The translations under genes and the position numbers were made by a program. The notes under the pieces are model-generated. The model searched no databases and was not told the DNA's origin. It saw only the letters and a program-made list of their open reading frames with translations. Shown piece after piece: positions 8,580 through 18,217 of a stretch of 64,000 nucleotides of DNA (its first letter is position 1; every line of letters starts with the position of its first letter). The stretch covers positions 1 through 64,000 of IMG/VR virus record IMGVR_UViG_2597490202_000002; one strand, written 5' to 3'. This DNA is from a virus. Its lineage: Duplodnaviria; Caudoviricetes.

Positions 8580-8660
8580 TATTTAGTATTTCCTAAATAA
8601 GCAAAAAATAAACTTTACTTGACTTTGTATTTAGTTAAATCTAAACTAAATCTAATTTTT
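8580..8660. promoter_or_regulatory. OR/PR region of prophage 1
   Basis: Palindromes TTTAGTATTTCCTAAA and TTTAGTTAAATCTAAA; TTGACT -35 element. Confidence 0.65.
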
Positions 8661-8671
8661 ACTTAACAGGA

Positions 8672-8878
8672 GTGATGATGGACTTAACTAGTTATTTGTC
8701 AGATCGTCCTCGTGGCTTCAAAGCTGATTTTGCAAAAAAGCTTGGTATTTCTAAATCTTATTTACGACAAGTTGAAACAGGATATTCGCCAATGCCTGCT
8801 TATCTTGCTAAGAAAATTGAAGAAGTCACGAATGGCGAAGTAGCCAAATCTGAGCTTCGCCCTGATCTGTGGGATTAA
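8672..8878 (+). CDS. cro: Cro/YdaS-like regulator
   Basis: HTH plus IEEVTNGEV..ELRPD signature. Confidence 0.85.
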   Translation: MMMDLTSYLSDRPRGFKADFAKKLGISKSYLRQVETGYSPMPAYLAKKIEEVTNGEVAKSELRPDLWD

Positions 8879-8898
8879 TTTACCCTATGAGGTACGCA

Positions 8899-9175
8899 AT
8901 GGCACGCAATGAATTAAGCAAGTCTGCAATGAAGATTGCGGACTTAATCAGACAGAAAGCATCAGAGACGAAAGATGCTCAAGCGGCAGAATATGTTGGT
9001 GTAGATGCATCAACGATTTGTCGTTTTAAGGCAGAACATTTAGACAAATTCTGTGCTTACCTTGATTTTTTTAGAATTGGAAGTATCAGAGAAAGGTTTA
9101 AATCGTTTGACAAACAGTGAACTGGATGCCCTCAAGCTATTTGCAGAGAAGGGCGTTCATGCTATTGGAAAATAA
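8899..9175 (+). pseudogene. cII: CII-like regulator with a +1 T frameshift (may be a sequencing error)
   Basis: Near-identical to the intact copy at 61522-61797, but has T7 instead of T6 at 9066-9072. Confidence 0.7.
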
Positions 9176-9213
9176 AAACCCACGCTGGAACGTGGGTATA
9201 TCAAAGGGAGATA

Positions 9214-9945
9214 ATGTTTATGAAAACAGAGTTATTATCTACTAATCAGAGAGAAAATGCAACCCTAACGATGAGTAGTCGGGAGATTGCACGAATCACA
9301 GAAAGCAGACACCGTGATGTGTGCTTATCTATTAGAAACCTGATGAATAAAGGGGTAATTGGGGGGTATGCGGAAAGTCCGTACACCCATGAGCAAAATG
9401 GGCAAGTCTATTACGAGTATCATATTAATAAACGTGATACTTATGTGATTGTGGCTCAATTCTCTCCTGAATTTACTGCTCGTTTAGTTGATCGTTGGCA
9501 AGAGTTAGAGCAAAAGCAAGTGCAACAACTCCCTAGCTATTCAGAAGCATTACGCCAACTCGCCGATAAAATCGAAGAGAGTGAGCAAAAATCCCTTCAA
9601 ATTGCCTCAATGGAAAGTTATTTCCGTAATGGGATTTCACCGTTTGAGTTTGTGAAAGGCTTGAATGGAGTGAACGCTTTGAAAATTGGGGCGTTTTTAG
9701 TGGATAAAAACTGGCTCTATCAAGATGGTAATCATAAACGTGTGAAGTCGTACGCTCGTGATCAGTATTTGACGGAAGAAACGACGGAGATTTCGCAACA
9801 CGGAAAAGATCCGTTTGTGGCATATAAACCTGTTTTACTCAAGAAAGGGGCGGCAAAGCTCTATGAGTGGTACACAAAGCGAGAATTACCGATGAAAGCA
9901 AATTGGAATGGCGTATTTACTCAAGATAAGGTGGTGGGGTTATGA
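9214..9945 (+). CDS. Rha-N / ANT-C family phage regulatory protein
   Basis: TMSSREIA..H..V and SPEFTARLVDRWQELE motifs. Confidence 0.8.
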   Translation: MFMKTELLSTNQRENATLTMSSREIARITESRHRDVCLSIRNLMNKGVIGGYAESPYTHEQNGQVYYEYHINKRDTYVIVAQFSPEFTARLVDRWQELEQKQVQQLPSYSEALRQLADKIEESEQKSLQIASMESYFRNGISPFEFVKGLNGVNALKIGAFLVDKNWLYQDGNHKRVKSYARDQYLTEETTEISQHGKDPFVAYKPVLLKKGAAKLYEWYTKRELPMKANWNGVFTQDKVVGL

Positions 9946-10772
9946 GTTTTAGCCAAAAATTACGCCAACTGGGACAGCCTATTGCGTACTATCCACAATT
10001 AGCAAAACCGTTAGGCGGTGTGACAGCGGCAATTTTATTTGGGCAATTATTCTTTTGGCTGGATAAGACCTCAAACCCATTAGGCGTATATAAAACACAA
10101 GCTGAGCTTGAGCAGGAAACGGGATTAAGTCGCCGTGAGCAAGAAACAGCTCGCAAAAAATTAGTTGAGCTAGGCATCTTGGTTGAAACTCACAAACGCT
10201 TAGAGCACCGCATTTATTTCAAACTGGATTTAGTTAAATTTGATGCATTAATGGACGACATTCGGGAAGAAGCAAAACCGCCATTACCCAATGTCACTAA
10301 TGAACATTCCCCAATGGCGGAAAGCGACATTCGGGAAGAAGCAAAACCGCCATTCGTTAATACAGAGAATACTTCAGAGAATACTAACAATAATACTTCC
10401 CTGACGGGAAGTATAAACGCGCGCGAGAAAAAATCCGCAGATTTGATTTTGTTGGAAAGTTTTGGGATTACCGAACAACTGGCAAAAGATTTCATCGTTC
10501 ATCGGAAATCTTTCAAAGCTCCGATCACCGAAACTGCGTTGAAAGGTTTTCAGCGTGAGGCGGATAAAGCCAAAATTCCTATTCAACAAGCCATTGCAAT
10601 TTCGATTGAGCGTGGTTGGCGTGGGTTTAATGCCAGTTGGGATTGGCAAAATGACGGAGTTTCTGCAAAAAATCCACAAAATCCGTCCGCTCGTAATACT
10701 TCCAAGCCATTTATCCCTGATGACGAAGGCAACTGGGCGGAAGGTATGTCTATCACGCTAAGGGGAAGTTAA
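9942..10772 (+). CDS. Replication initiator (O-like)
   Basis: N-terminal HTH, internal DNA repeats, C-terminal SIERGWRG; upstream of a P-like gene. Confidence 0.8.
   Translation: MSFSQKLRQLGQPIAYYPQLAKPLGGVTAAILFGQLFFWLDKTSNPLGVYKTQAELEQETGLSRREQETARKKLVELGILVETHKRLEHRIYFKLDLVKFDALMDDIREEAKPPLPNVTNEHSPMAESDIREEAKPPFVNTENTSENTNNNTSLTGSINAREKKSADLILLESFGITEQLAKDFIVHRKSFKAPITETALKGFQREADKAKIPIQQAIAISIERGWRGFNASWDWQNDGVSAKNPQNPSARNTSKPFIPDDEGNWAEGMSITLRGS
10256..10354. repeat. Two 30-bp direct repeats (likely ori iterons)
   Basis: CGACATTCGGGAAGAAGCAAAACCGCCATT at 10256-10285 and 10325-10354. Confidence 0.8.
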
Positions 10773-11446
10773 TGCAAAACGTGGCATCAATGAACTTGAA
10801 AAGCCTTGTCGGGCAAGAGCCAAATTACCAAGTGCCAGCAAAGACAACGGCAATTCCTGACGGTGCGATTAGAGCCGTTAATCAATTATTCATTCAGCTT
10901 CGGGCGATTTTTCCTGCATGGAAAAATTCATTTCCTGATGCAGACAGTTACCGTGAAGCAAAACGGATTTGGCTTGAAACGTTGGTGAATGAAAAAATTA
11001 CGACGATTGAGCAACTGCAAAACGGGATTGAGCGAGCGAAAAAATCTAAAAATCCATTCTGGCCAAGCGTAGGCGAGTTTGTGGAGTGGTGCAAAGCGGT
11101 GGACTACGAAGCGTTAGGTTTGCCTGATGAGGATAAACTTTACAAGCGGTTACAAGCGTTTATGAGGTTTGGTATGGAAGAAATCCAGAAGTTTAAGTTT
11201 GTTTCTACGGCGGAGTATTACTTGATTACCGATTTGTATGTGCGTTGTCGGACTGGTGAATGGAGCGATAAGCAACTCAAAGATGAGATTAAAAAATCTC
11301 TCGTCAAGATGAGCAAGCGGTTAAAAACAGGGGAGGTTTTACCAGAACCCAAACTGGCATTACCTCAAGAAGTGAAAGCAGTCGATCGTGAAAAGGTGAG
11401 GGCTTTCTGGGGTGGTTTGTTGAAACAGGTTAGAGGGAGAAGATGA
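10772..11446 (+). CDS. Lambda P-like helicase loader
   Basis: LFIQLRAIFPAW and PFWPSVGEFVEWC motifs. Confidence 0.85.
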   Translation: MQNVASMNLKSLVGQEPNYQVPAKTTAIPDGAIRAVNQLFIQLRAIFPAWKNSFPDADSYREAKRIWLETLVNEKITTIEQLQNGIERAKKSKNPFWPSVGEFVEWCKAVDYEALGLPDEDKLYKRLQAFMRFGMEEIQKFKFVSTAEYYLITDLYVRCRTGEWSDKQLKDEIKKSLVKMSKRLKTGEVLPEPKLALPQEVKAVDREKVRAFWGGLLKQVRGRR

Positions 11447-11500
11447 GTTTGGATTTTATTAAGAAGGTAGGTGGGTATTTTAGAAAAGAGCAGGTTGGTA

Positions 11501-11932
11501 GGTATGGAGCATAAGCGAAAATACTTTTTACGCACTGAGAAAATTAAAAACAATGCCCTTGAATTTGTGAAAGCGTTGCCGATAGATGAGAAAAAACCGT
11601 TAGTGGTTGAAGTGAAGCCTATTACTCGCAACCTTGAGCAAAATGCCAAGTTTCATGCAATGTGCGGCGATATTGCTAAACAGGTGCAATTTAACGGCGA
11701 ATGGCTACCGCTTGAAACGTGGAAGGTTCTTTTAATTTCTGCTCACGCAGAAGCAACGAAAGAAGGCTCTCGTTTGGTAACAGGATTGGAAGGCGAATTA
11801 GTGAATATTCGTGAGAGTACGGCTCAAATGAGCGTAAAACGAATGGCAAGTTTAATCGAGTATGCAACTTCGTGGGGTGTTTCTAATGGGGTGCATTTTA
11901 ATGACAGATGGAATTTTTGGGGGGTGAAATAA
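11501..11932 (+). CDS. ninB: NinB/YbcN-family recombination protein
   Basis: RNLEQNAKFHAMCGDIAKQ..ST..MS motif. Confidence 0.85.
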   Translation, partial: GMEHKRKYFLRTEKIKNNALEFVKALPIDEKKPLVVEVKPITRNLEQNAKFHAMCGDIAKQVQFNGEWLPLETWKVLLISAHAEATKEGSRLVTGLEGELVNIRESTAQMSVKRMASLIEYATSWGVSNGVHFNDRWNFWGVK

Positions 11933-11965
11933 CCTACGCTTAGTGGTTAAGCGTAGGTGTAAGCG

Positions 11966-12379
11966 TTAAGCGGTTAAGATTTTATCCGCTGCGATTTTAG
12001 CTAAGAAGTTGCTACGGTTTTTATACTCTTTGTGAACGGCAACAAAATCATCAATGCGTTTGATGAGATAGCTAGGGAGGGTGATGTTGATGCGTTCGGC
12101 TTTGCCGAGTAAATGGCTAATATCAACATCAACAAAGCCGAAAAAGAAGTCATATTCTGCAAAATCAGGGTTTTTGCGGTGGTTATCAATGGAGGTTGGC
12201 ATCGGAATTTCTTCTCCATCTTCAACTAAGCCTTCAAGGTGGAACACGATGGCTTCTTTGACATTTTGATATGCTTCTTCGAGGGTATCGCCAGCAGAGA
12301 AGCACCCTGGAATATCAGGCACGATAACGCCGTAAGCGTGAGTTTCGTCACCTGGTTCAATTGCAATTGGGTATAACAT
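11966..12379 (-). CDS. hicB: HicB antitoxin
   Basis: YGVIVPDIPGCFSAGDTLEEA plus C-terminal RHH. Confidence 0.92.
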   Translation of the reverse strand: MLYPIAIEPGDETHAYGVIVPDIPGCFSAGDTLEEAYQNVKEAIVFHLEGLVEDGEEIPMPTSIDNHRKNPDFAEYDFFFGFVDVDISHLLGKAERINITLPSYLIKRIDDFVAVHKEYKNRSNFLAKIAADKILTA

Positions 12380-12405
12380 ATTTTGTCCTTGTGGTTATAG
12401 CAGGG

Positions 12406-12588
12406 CTATTTTAGCCCCGCTTGTTTAAGTATTGAGAGTTCAGTTCCTTTTTTTAAATCCTTTTTCGGATGAGGCACTGTTACTCGCCCTTGTTTAGTTG
12501 GATGTTTGAATTGATGGTGGCTTCCACTTGTTGCAACTAAGTACCAACCGTCCGCTTCAATCATTTTAATTATGGTTTTGCTATCCAC
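12406..12588 (-). CDS. hicA: HicA mRNA interferase
   Basis: GSHHQFKHPTK.GRVTVPHPKKDL. Confidence 0.92.
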   Translation of the reverse strand: MDSKTIIKMIEADGWYLVATSGSHHQFKHPTKQGRVTVPHPKKDLKKGTELSILKQAGLK

Positions 12589-12686
12589 ATTATTGTGCTC
12601 CTTTGTTGTTTTTCATGTGTGTATTATACTTATTTTTATGTTTTTATCAACTGTTTATATGTAAGATGTGTATTTTAGGTGAATAA

Positions 12687-12864
12687 ATGAAATTTTACTG
12701 CCCAAACTGCCAATCAATTCTTAAAGACTGGCGTAGGTTTTCTGAAAAAGTCAGAGATTAATAAGGAGAAGCCGTTTGCCTGTACTGGCTTGAAGTGCAC
12801 TAAGCGGTGGAGTGAGAAAGAATTGGAGGCATTTAATGATAAAGCCGAAAGTGAAAAAGCGTAA
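12687..12864 (+). pseudogene. Small Cys/zinc-finger nin-region protein with an apparent +1 A frameshift
   Basis: MKFYCPNC.. joins ..FACTGLKC.. if one A is removed from the A5 run at 12745-12749. Confidence 0.5.
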
Positions 12865-13405
12865 ATGCAAATGCTGTGGTGGTGAGTTTAAGTCTGCGGA
12901 TAGCTTTAGAAAATGGTGTAGTGCTGAATGTGGTGTGAAACTTGCCAAAATAGCCCAAGAGAAAGCACGTCAGAAAGCCATAGAAAAGCGAAATCGAGAA
13001 GAAAGGGCAAAGATTAAAGCAACGAGAGAACGTTTAAAATCTCGTTCTGAATGGCTTAAAGACGCTCAGGCTGTTTTTAATGAATACATTCGTTTACGAG
13101 ATAAAGATGAGCCTTGTATTTCGTGCCGGCGTTTTCATCAAGGGCAGTATCACGCAGGGCATTATCGCACGGTAAAAGCGATGCCAGAGCTGAGATTTAA
13201 TGAGGACAATGTTCATAAACAATGTAGTGCTTGTAACAATCATTTGAGCGGAAATATCACAGAATACCGTATCAACCTTGTACGTAAAATCGGGGCAGAG
13301 CGAGTAGAAGCATTGGAAAGCTATCACCCTCCTGTGAAGTGGTCGGCTGAGGATTGTAAGGAAATTATTAAAACGTATAGGGCGAAGATTAAGGAGTTGA
13401 AATGA
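12836..13405 (+). CDS. ninG: NinG/Rap HNH-type endonuclease
   Basis: FNEYIRLRD..CISC..HAGHY..LRFNEDNVHKQC..CN. Confidence 0.9.
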   Translation: MIKPKVKKRKCKCCGGEFKSADSFRKWCSAECGVKLAKIAQEKARQKAIEKRNREERAKIKATRERLKSRSEWLKDAQAVFNEYIRLRDKDEPCISCRRFHQGQYHAGHYRTVKAMPELRFNEDNVHKQCSACNNHLSGNITEYRINLVRKIGAERVEALESYHPPVKWSAEDCKEIIKTYRAKIKELK

Positions 13406-13779
13406 TTAGATTGCATATCAGCATTGACGATATTTTGAATGTTTGGGTTCGTCGCTGGGCTTCTCATCGTGGGTGCCGTGGTTATCCATCATTACAATCC
13501 TTTATGCCTGAGGCAACTGCTCAAATTACAAAGTATAGTATTGATGAACTGTCAGAGGAACAGTATCTTAAGCTAGATGAAGCTGTGATGACATTACACG
13601 ATTTGAATTTGGAAGCCTATCAGGTGCTAATGGCGGTGTTTTTACAAGGGCAGGATAAGAAGAATATTTGTCTTGAAATGCAGATTTCACCGAGAACCTA
13701 TGACAACCGTTTACGCACCGCACGAGATTTTATGGAAGGGGCGGTATTTGGTTCAGGGTTGATTAGACTGAAGTTTTAG
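13402..13779 (+). CDS. Q-like late antiterminator
   Basis: Position after ninG; C-terminal HTH. Confidence 0.7.
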   Translation: MIRLHISIDDILNVWVRRWASHRGCRGYPSLQSFMPEATAQITKYSIDELSEEQYLKLDEAVMTLHDLNLEAYQVLMAVFLQGQDKKNICLEMQISPRTYDNRLRTARDFMEGAVFGSGLIRLKF

Positions 13780-13805
13780 GCGTATTGCTACGCCTGATTT
13801 ACCCT

Positions 13806-13997
13806 TTACTGTTGTTCAATTGGTTGATTTTGTAGTTGTTCAACTGCTAATTTAATCAGTTGATTTTGTGGAATGTTTCGTTCACGGGCAAGTTGTTCAA
13901 TTAGAGCGATGGTTTCCACACTGAGTTTATATGACTTTGCTTTTACACCACGCTTTTCATCTGAGCGAGCTTTTATTTCATTGATTGACAATTTCAT
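13806..13997 (-). CDS. Small RHH-like DNA-binding protein (module A)
   Basis: RSDEKRGVKAKSYKL followed by two helices; paralogues at 48815 and 50527. Confidence 0.75.
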   Translation of the reverse strand: MKLSINEIKARSDEKRGVKAKSYKLSVETIALIEQLARERNIPQNQLIKLAVEQLQNQPIEQQ

Positions 13998-14018
13998 TAT
14001 TTTTCCCCATAATTTGAA

Positions 14019-14202
14019 GAACTAGGGAGCGGTAACTCCCTAGTAAGTTATCGGATTAGTAAACTGGCAAAGACCAGAGTAACAAAATGATAACTAGGAT
14101 AATGTATTTAAACATTTGATTATCCTCTTCAAGCGTGAGGATTAAGCCTCACACTCGCTTTCAGTCCGTGTTAAATTTCCTAGGTCTAACTACTGAAAGC
14201 GA
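14019..14202 (+). ncRNA. Putative Sib-like antisense RNA (module A); ends approximate
   Basis: TTGACA-N17-CATAAT at 13985-14013 points across the peptide ORF. Confidence 0.55.
14056..14115 (-). CDS. Ibs-like 19-aa toxin peptide MFKYIILVIILLLWSLPVY (module A)
   Basis: GAGGA RBS; length and pattern match E. coli Ibs peptides. Confidence 0.8.
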   Translation of the reverse strand: MFKYIILVIILLLWSLPVY

Positions 14203-14460
14203 TGTTATTATAATTCGGTGCACCGAATAAAACAAGTATTATTTTAGAAAAGCCTACATTTTTCGGAATGTGGGCTTTTTATTTGACAAATAAAAAACTG
14301 AGTAGTAGTATTCGTTACATAGGTGTCGAAACCTACACGGCGGTTAGTCCGCAAAACCTAAAATCCTTTGCGGTTTTTTTATATCTAAAATTTGTACTCT
14401 TTTGTTTGTTGCCAGCAAATCATAAGAGATTTAGATGTTGAAAAGGTAAAATTTATTTCA

Positions 14461-14540
14461 ATGATCGAGTGGGCGACTAATACAATACCGAAAGGGAATA
14501 CGTCCAGCCTGCCGTAGGCTTTCGAACCACTCGATCACCC
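14461..14540 (+). ncRNA. c4/CI-like antisense RNA #2
   Basis: TGATCGAGTGG..CCACTCGATCA stem. Loops GCCGT and TTTCGA are complementary to ACGG and TCGAAA in the leader and near the ant RBS. Confidence 0.8.
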
Positions 14541-14586
14541 TATTCACTAGGGTAAATCTTAATTTCGAAAATTAACGGAGTGACTT

Positions 14587-15438
14587 ATGTCAAATCAAAT
14601 CTCTACTCAAACAATCTCTTTCAACAACCAAGCCTTAATTACATTCGAGCAAAACGGTACACGTTACACTGCTATGAAGCCAATCTGTGAAAATATTGGT
14701 TTAGCGTGGGAGCCTCAATTACTCAGAATTAAGCGTGATGATATTTTAAGTTCAACTATGATCATCACGATCATAGTTGCAGAAGATGGCAAAAATCGTG
14801 AAATGGTTTGCTTGCCAATCGAATATCTCAACGGCTGGTTGTTTGGCATTGATGTAAAACGTTGCAAACCTGAAATTCGTGAAACCTTAATCAAGTATAA
14901 AAAAGAGTGCTACCAAGCCTTACACGATTACTGGTTCAATGGCAAAGCCGAACGCAAAACAACCACAGACGAACGAACAGGCTTACGACAAGCAGTCAGT
15001 GCTTTAGTCAGTAAAAAAGGTTTAATCTATTCCGATGCCTACTCACTTATTCATCAGCGTTTTAATGTTGAGCATATTGACGAGCTAACCCCTGAACAAG
15101 TGGGAATGGCTGTGGAGTATGTTCACAAAATTTATCTTGAAGGGGAGTTGATTATTGATGAGCCTAAGAAAGAAGATGAACAATTATTAAGATTACTTGT
15201 TTCAGCATACCATTTTTGCTACGAAGCCCACGAGTTACGAGAAAAGATTGTTAAAACATATATAGGCTGGGATATAGATAGACACTTTAGCCCACATTAT
15301 CTTCATAACTTAGGCATTCCACTTGAACAATTTTTAGAAAAGACAAGAGATTTCATTCACTCTAATAGCGAACGCATTATGTTTGTTAAAGGAATGAACC
15401 ATTTGCTAGAAGAACCGAAGCAAACAGCAAGATTTTAA
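14587..15438 (+). CDS. P22 Ant-N domain antirepressor
   Basis: YTAMKPICENIGLAW..Q and CLP..LNGWLFGI motifs. Confidence 0.88.
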   Translation: MSNQISTQTISFNNQALITFEQNGTRYTAMKPICENIGLAWEPQLLRIKRDDILSSTMIITIIVAEDGKNREMVCLPIEYLNGWLFGIDVKRCKPEIRETLIKYKKECYQALHDYWFNGKAERKTTTDERTGLRQAVSALVSKKGLIYSDAYSLIHQRFNVEHIDELTPEQVGMAVEYVHKIYLEGELIIDEPKKEDEQLLRLLVSAYHFCYEAHELREKIVKTYIGWDIDRHFSPHYLHNLGIPLEQFLEKTRDFIHSNSERIMFVKGMNHLLEEPKQTARF

Positions 15439-15533
15439 GCAAAAATTTAAACAAAACCGACCGCTTGCGACCTAGCGTTGCAAGTGGTTTTTGTGTTTCA
15501 AAAAAATAATGCGTTTAATCGCTCAAAAAGTGA

Positions 15534-15645
15534 TTGACATCGCGCGAGAAAAGTAGTACATTTCAGCTATGCTTGCAACTCGTACAAGCGAGAGAAAGCG
15601 AAATGATTTTGTAGCCCTGATCGGAAACGGTCGGGGCTTTTTGTT
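15534..15645 (+). promoter_or_regulatory. Late promoter PR'-like plus leader terminator
   Basis: TTGACA-N17-TACATT followed by GCCCTGATCG-GAAA-CGGTCGGGGC-T run. Confidence 0.65.
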
Positions 15646-15862
15646 TGGGGGTTAGGATGGAACAACGAGATATTCTGTTAAAAAACGGTGAAGTAGTTCA
15701 AGAAAAATCTCAATGTCACTATGCCGCTGGCTGGCCATCTCGACGTATATCAGACTGCGTTCCTCACTTCCAAAATAGGAAAATTTATCCATTTGCCGGC
15801 AATAATGACGTACCACAAGATTAAACATATCTAGTGGTGCTGAGTAAATTTGATAAAGGTTA

Positions 15863-16426
15863 TCACAATGGTAGAACTAAATATTGCGTTAAAAAATGCC
15901 GCAGAGCTTTATGGTGAAAATCGACCATTTGTCGATCCTGAAAGTGGAACTCTAACCCTAGCAGGTTGCGAAGCTCTAAGTCGTCTTGGTATTGGATTTT
16001 CCGAAAGTAGACTTGAACCTGATCTTTTAGATAAGTTGCGTAAGAATCTCGCTGCTCTTTAGTAAAACCTGTTGTGAGTTTTTCTATGAAAAAAAGGTGA
16101 AGATCCTTTTCGAGTTGAACTAAGAAGTTAAAGTTATTTGCAATTTTGGCATCTTTAAATGTGAATTCAATATAAGAGAAATGGCTATTATCATATTTTC
16201 CTATCCAGTGAGAACAACCTAGTGTGATAAAGGGGCTATCAGGCTTGTTAAGTTCAATAAGTGTGGTTTTAAGTTCTGGTAGTTGAGCAATTTCTAGGAT
16301 TTCATCTATTTTTTCAGGATGATTAACTAAATCAATTCCACCTGCATTTGGTGTTGGATTTTGGCAATCTTCAGATCCATTTGATGGTCGATATGGAAAT
16401 TTGGTATAACCTTCACGAAAGTACAT
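15863..16426 (-). CDS. Hypothetical moron protein (antisense to late operon)
   Basis: 187-aa ORF with GAGGA RBS. Confidence 0.7.
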   Translation of the reverse strand: MYFREGYTKFPYRPSNGSEDCQNPTPNAGGIDLVNHPEKIDEILEIAQLPELKTTLIELNKPDSPFITLGCSHWIGKYDNSHFSYIEFTFKDAKIANNFNFLVQLEKDLHLFFIEKLTTGFTKEQRDSYATYLKDQVQVYFRKIQYQDDLELRNLLGLEFHFQDRQMVDFHHKALRHFLTQYLVLPL

Positions 16427-16539
16427 AATTTAATCCTCTGCTAGTTTATTTGTTGGGGAACAATATTCTAGCAGTTTTTTTAACCAAGCTCAGTCTTTAC
16501 GGACTGGGCTTTTTTATTGCCTGATATGAGGGCTAAGGT

Positions 16540-16815
16540 ATGAAAAATGTTATGAGAGATATGGGAACACAGACGTATATTTGGTCTGGATTTAGTGGGA
16601 TTATTGCGTGGTTGAGTGAGCAACAGAATTTAATGATTTTAAGTCTTGCGATTGGTATTGTGACGGCGTGTGCGAACTTGTATCAACGCTGTGACGAAGG
16701 TAAGGCGAAGCGTCGTGAACGTGAGCGAGCCGAAGAAGCTCATCAAATCAGAATGCAGATTTATCGGGTAAGGGCAGAGAGGTTAAGTAATGAGCAAGCT
16801 AAAAACACTAGGTAA
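16540..16815 (+). CDS. Holin
   Basis: Hydrophobic segments, charged C-terminal tail, directly upstream of lysozyme. Confidence 0.8.
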   Translation: MKNVMRDMGTQTYIWSGFSGIIAWLSEQQNLMILSLAIGIVTACANLYQRCDEGKAKRRERERAEEAHQIRMQIYRVRAERLSNEQAKNTR

Positions 16816-17335
16816 AGTTGGCGGTGGGGTTTGTTTTGTCAGTGCCATTATTGCGGTGTTGAATACAGATTTTCACGGTCAATTTCGTACAAGTCAGCAA
16901 GGGCTTGAAATTATCGGTGATGCGGAAGGTTGTAAGCGTGAGCCTTATTTGTGTCCTGCAAATGTGCTTACCGTTGGCATTGGTTCAACGGAAGCGTCAA
17001 GCGGTAAGATTGAAAGAAAAGTTTACACGGACAAAGAGATTGCAGAGCGTTGGTTGGTTGATATTCAGCACGCAGAAAAATGCGTGAACCGTTACGCAAA
17101 TGGTGGTGATATTCCGCAATCGGTGTTTGATGTTGCTACTTCGCTGACGTTTAATGCTGGGTGTGGCACGGTGAGTAAATCGACGTTCTTTCGTAAAATC
17201 AAATCAGGCGATTATGTTGGTGCCTGTAATGAGTTGCCTAAATGGGTTTATTCAGGTGGCAAGAAGTTACGAGGGTTAGAAATCCGTCGTGAGAAAGAGA
17301 AGGCGTTATGTTTAGCTGGGTTAATAAAATCTTAA
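16790..17335 (+). CDS. Endolysin, GH24 lysozyme (SAR-type N-terminus)
   Basis: EG..PYLCPANVLTVGIG, FNAG, GL.IRR..E. Confidence 0.92.
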   Translation: MSKLKTLGKVGGGVCFVSAIIAVLNTDFHGQFRTSQQGLEIIGDAEGCKREPYLCPANVLTVGIGSTEASSGKIERKVYTDKEIAERWLVDIQHAEKCVNRYANGGDIPQSVFDVATSLTFNAGCGTVSKSTFFRKIKSGDYVGACNELPKWVYSGGKKLRGLEIRREKEKALCLAGLIKS

Positions 17336-17652
17336 TGGCACTGATTTTGGGCTTGTGTGTGTGGCTATGGGGTCAGTCACAGAGGATAGATAGCTTGAAA
17401 GCCGAGAACCAAACACAAGCCCAAACTATTGAGCAACAGCAAAAAGCAAACAATAAGCTGACAATGCAACTGCAACAAGAGCGACAAGCGGTGGAATATC
17501 AGCAAAGTATTGCAAATAAACTACGAAAGCAGGTGGAGCAGAGTAATGAACAGATTAAAGCTATTTTACAGAAAGAGCCGTGCGGCGTTACTGCTTTGCC
17601 TCGTCCTGTTGTCGATGAGCTTAAGCGGTTGCACAGCAAAGACAAAGATTGA
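17308..17652 (+). CDS. Rz-like i-spanin
   Basis: N-terminal TM plus coiled coil. Confidence 0.8.
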   Translation: MFSWVNKILMALILGLCVWLWGQSQRIDSLKAENQTQAQTIEQQQKANNKLTMQLQQERQAVEYQQSIANKLRKQVEQSNEQIKAILQKEPCGVTALPRPVVDELKRLHSKDKD

Positions 17653-17830
17653 GTATTTATATCCTCCGCAAGCCTTTTTGGTGCCGTGTGAGCGGTCAGA
17701 GTTTGGTGGCACAACCTATGGTGATGCTATCGAGTATCTCGTTAAGGTGATGGGAGAGCGTGACTTGTGTGCGGGTCAGATTGATAGCATTAGAGAGTGG
17801 CAAGCACGAACTAAGCAAGGGTTTAAATAG
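17546..17830 (+). CDS. Rz1-like o-spanin lipoprotein
   Basis: Lipobox LSGC; overlaps Rz. Confidence 0.8.
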   Translation: MNRLKLFYRKSRAALLLCLVLLSMSLSGCTAKTKIEYLYPPQAFLVPCERSEFGGTTYGDAIEYLVKVMGERDLCAGQIDSIREWQARTKQGFK

Positions 17831-18091
17831 CTGATTAACGTTTGTGTCACGGTAGAGAGCGGTCAGATGATCGCTCTTTTATTTTATGTAAATCAAATGC
17901 TACATAATTTGCGTATGGGTTTTGGGATTGTTGGATAAATCCCCGAGAAAATACGCAAGTGATGTAATTTATATATAACAAAACCCCGATCACTGCAAAT
18001 GATCGGGGTTTTTCATTACCCATTAAAGCCGAATGAGTAACGATTTATGGAGATTATGACAGTTTTAACCGTAACCATCAAGGAGATACTT

Positions 18092-18202
18092 ATGGAATAT
18101 GGTTTATGGCAAATAAGCCTTGCAGTAACACTACCTATTTTAGCGTTTGTTTCACCAAAGCTAATTAATGCCATTGCTAATTTATTGAATGTTTTGAAAT
18201 AA
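18092..18202 (+). CDS. 36-aa hydrophobic peptide, candidate type I toxin
   Basis: AAGGAG RBS; antisense promoter and bidirectional terminator in its 5' UTR. Confidence 0.6.
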   Translation: MEYGLWQISLAVTLPILAFVSPKLINAIANLLNVLK

Positions 18203-18217
18203 AAAGGATTAACCACG

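Noticed and set aside
15850-16062. 70-aa plus-strand ORF overlapping the 187-aa minus ORF
   Set aside because: Almost entirely antisense to a longer ORF with a better RBS and has no recognisable motif; cannot be supported.
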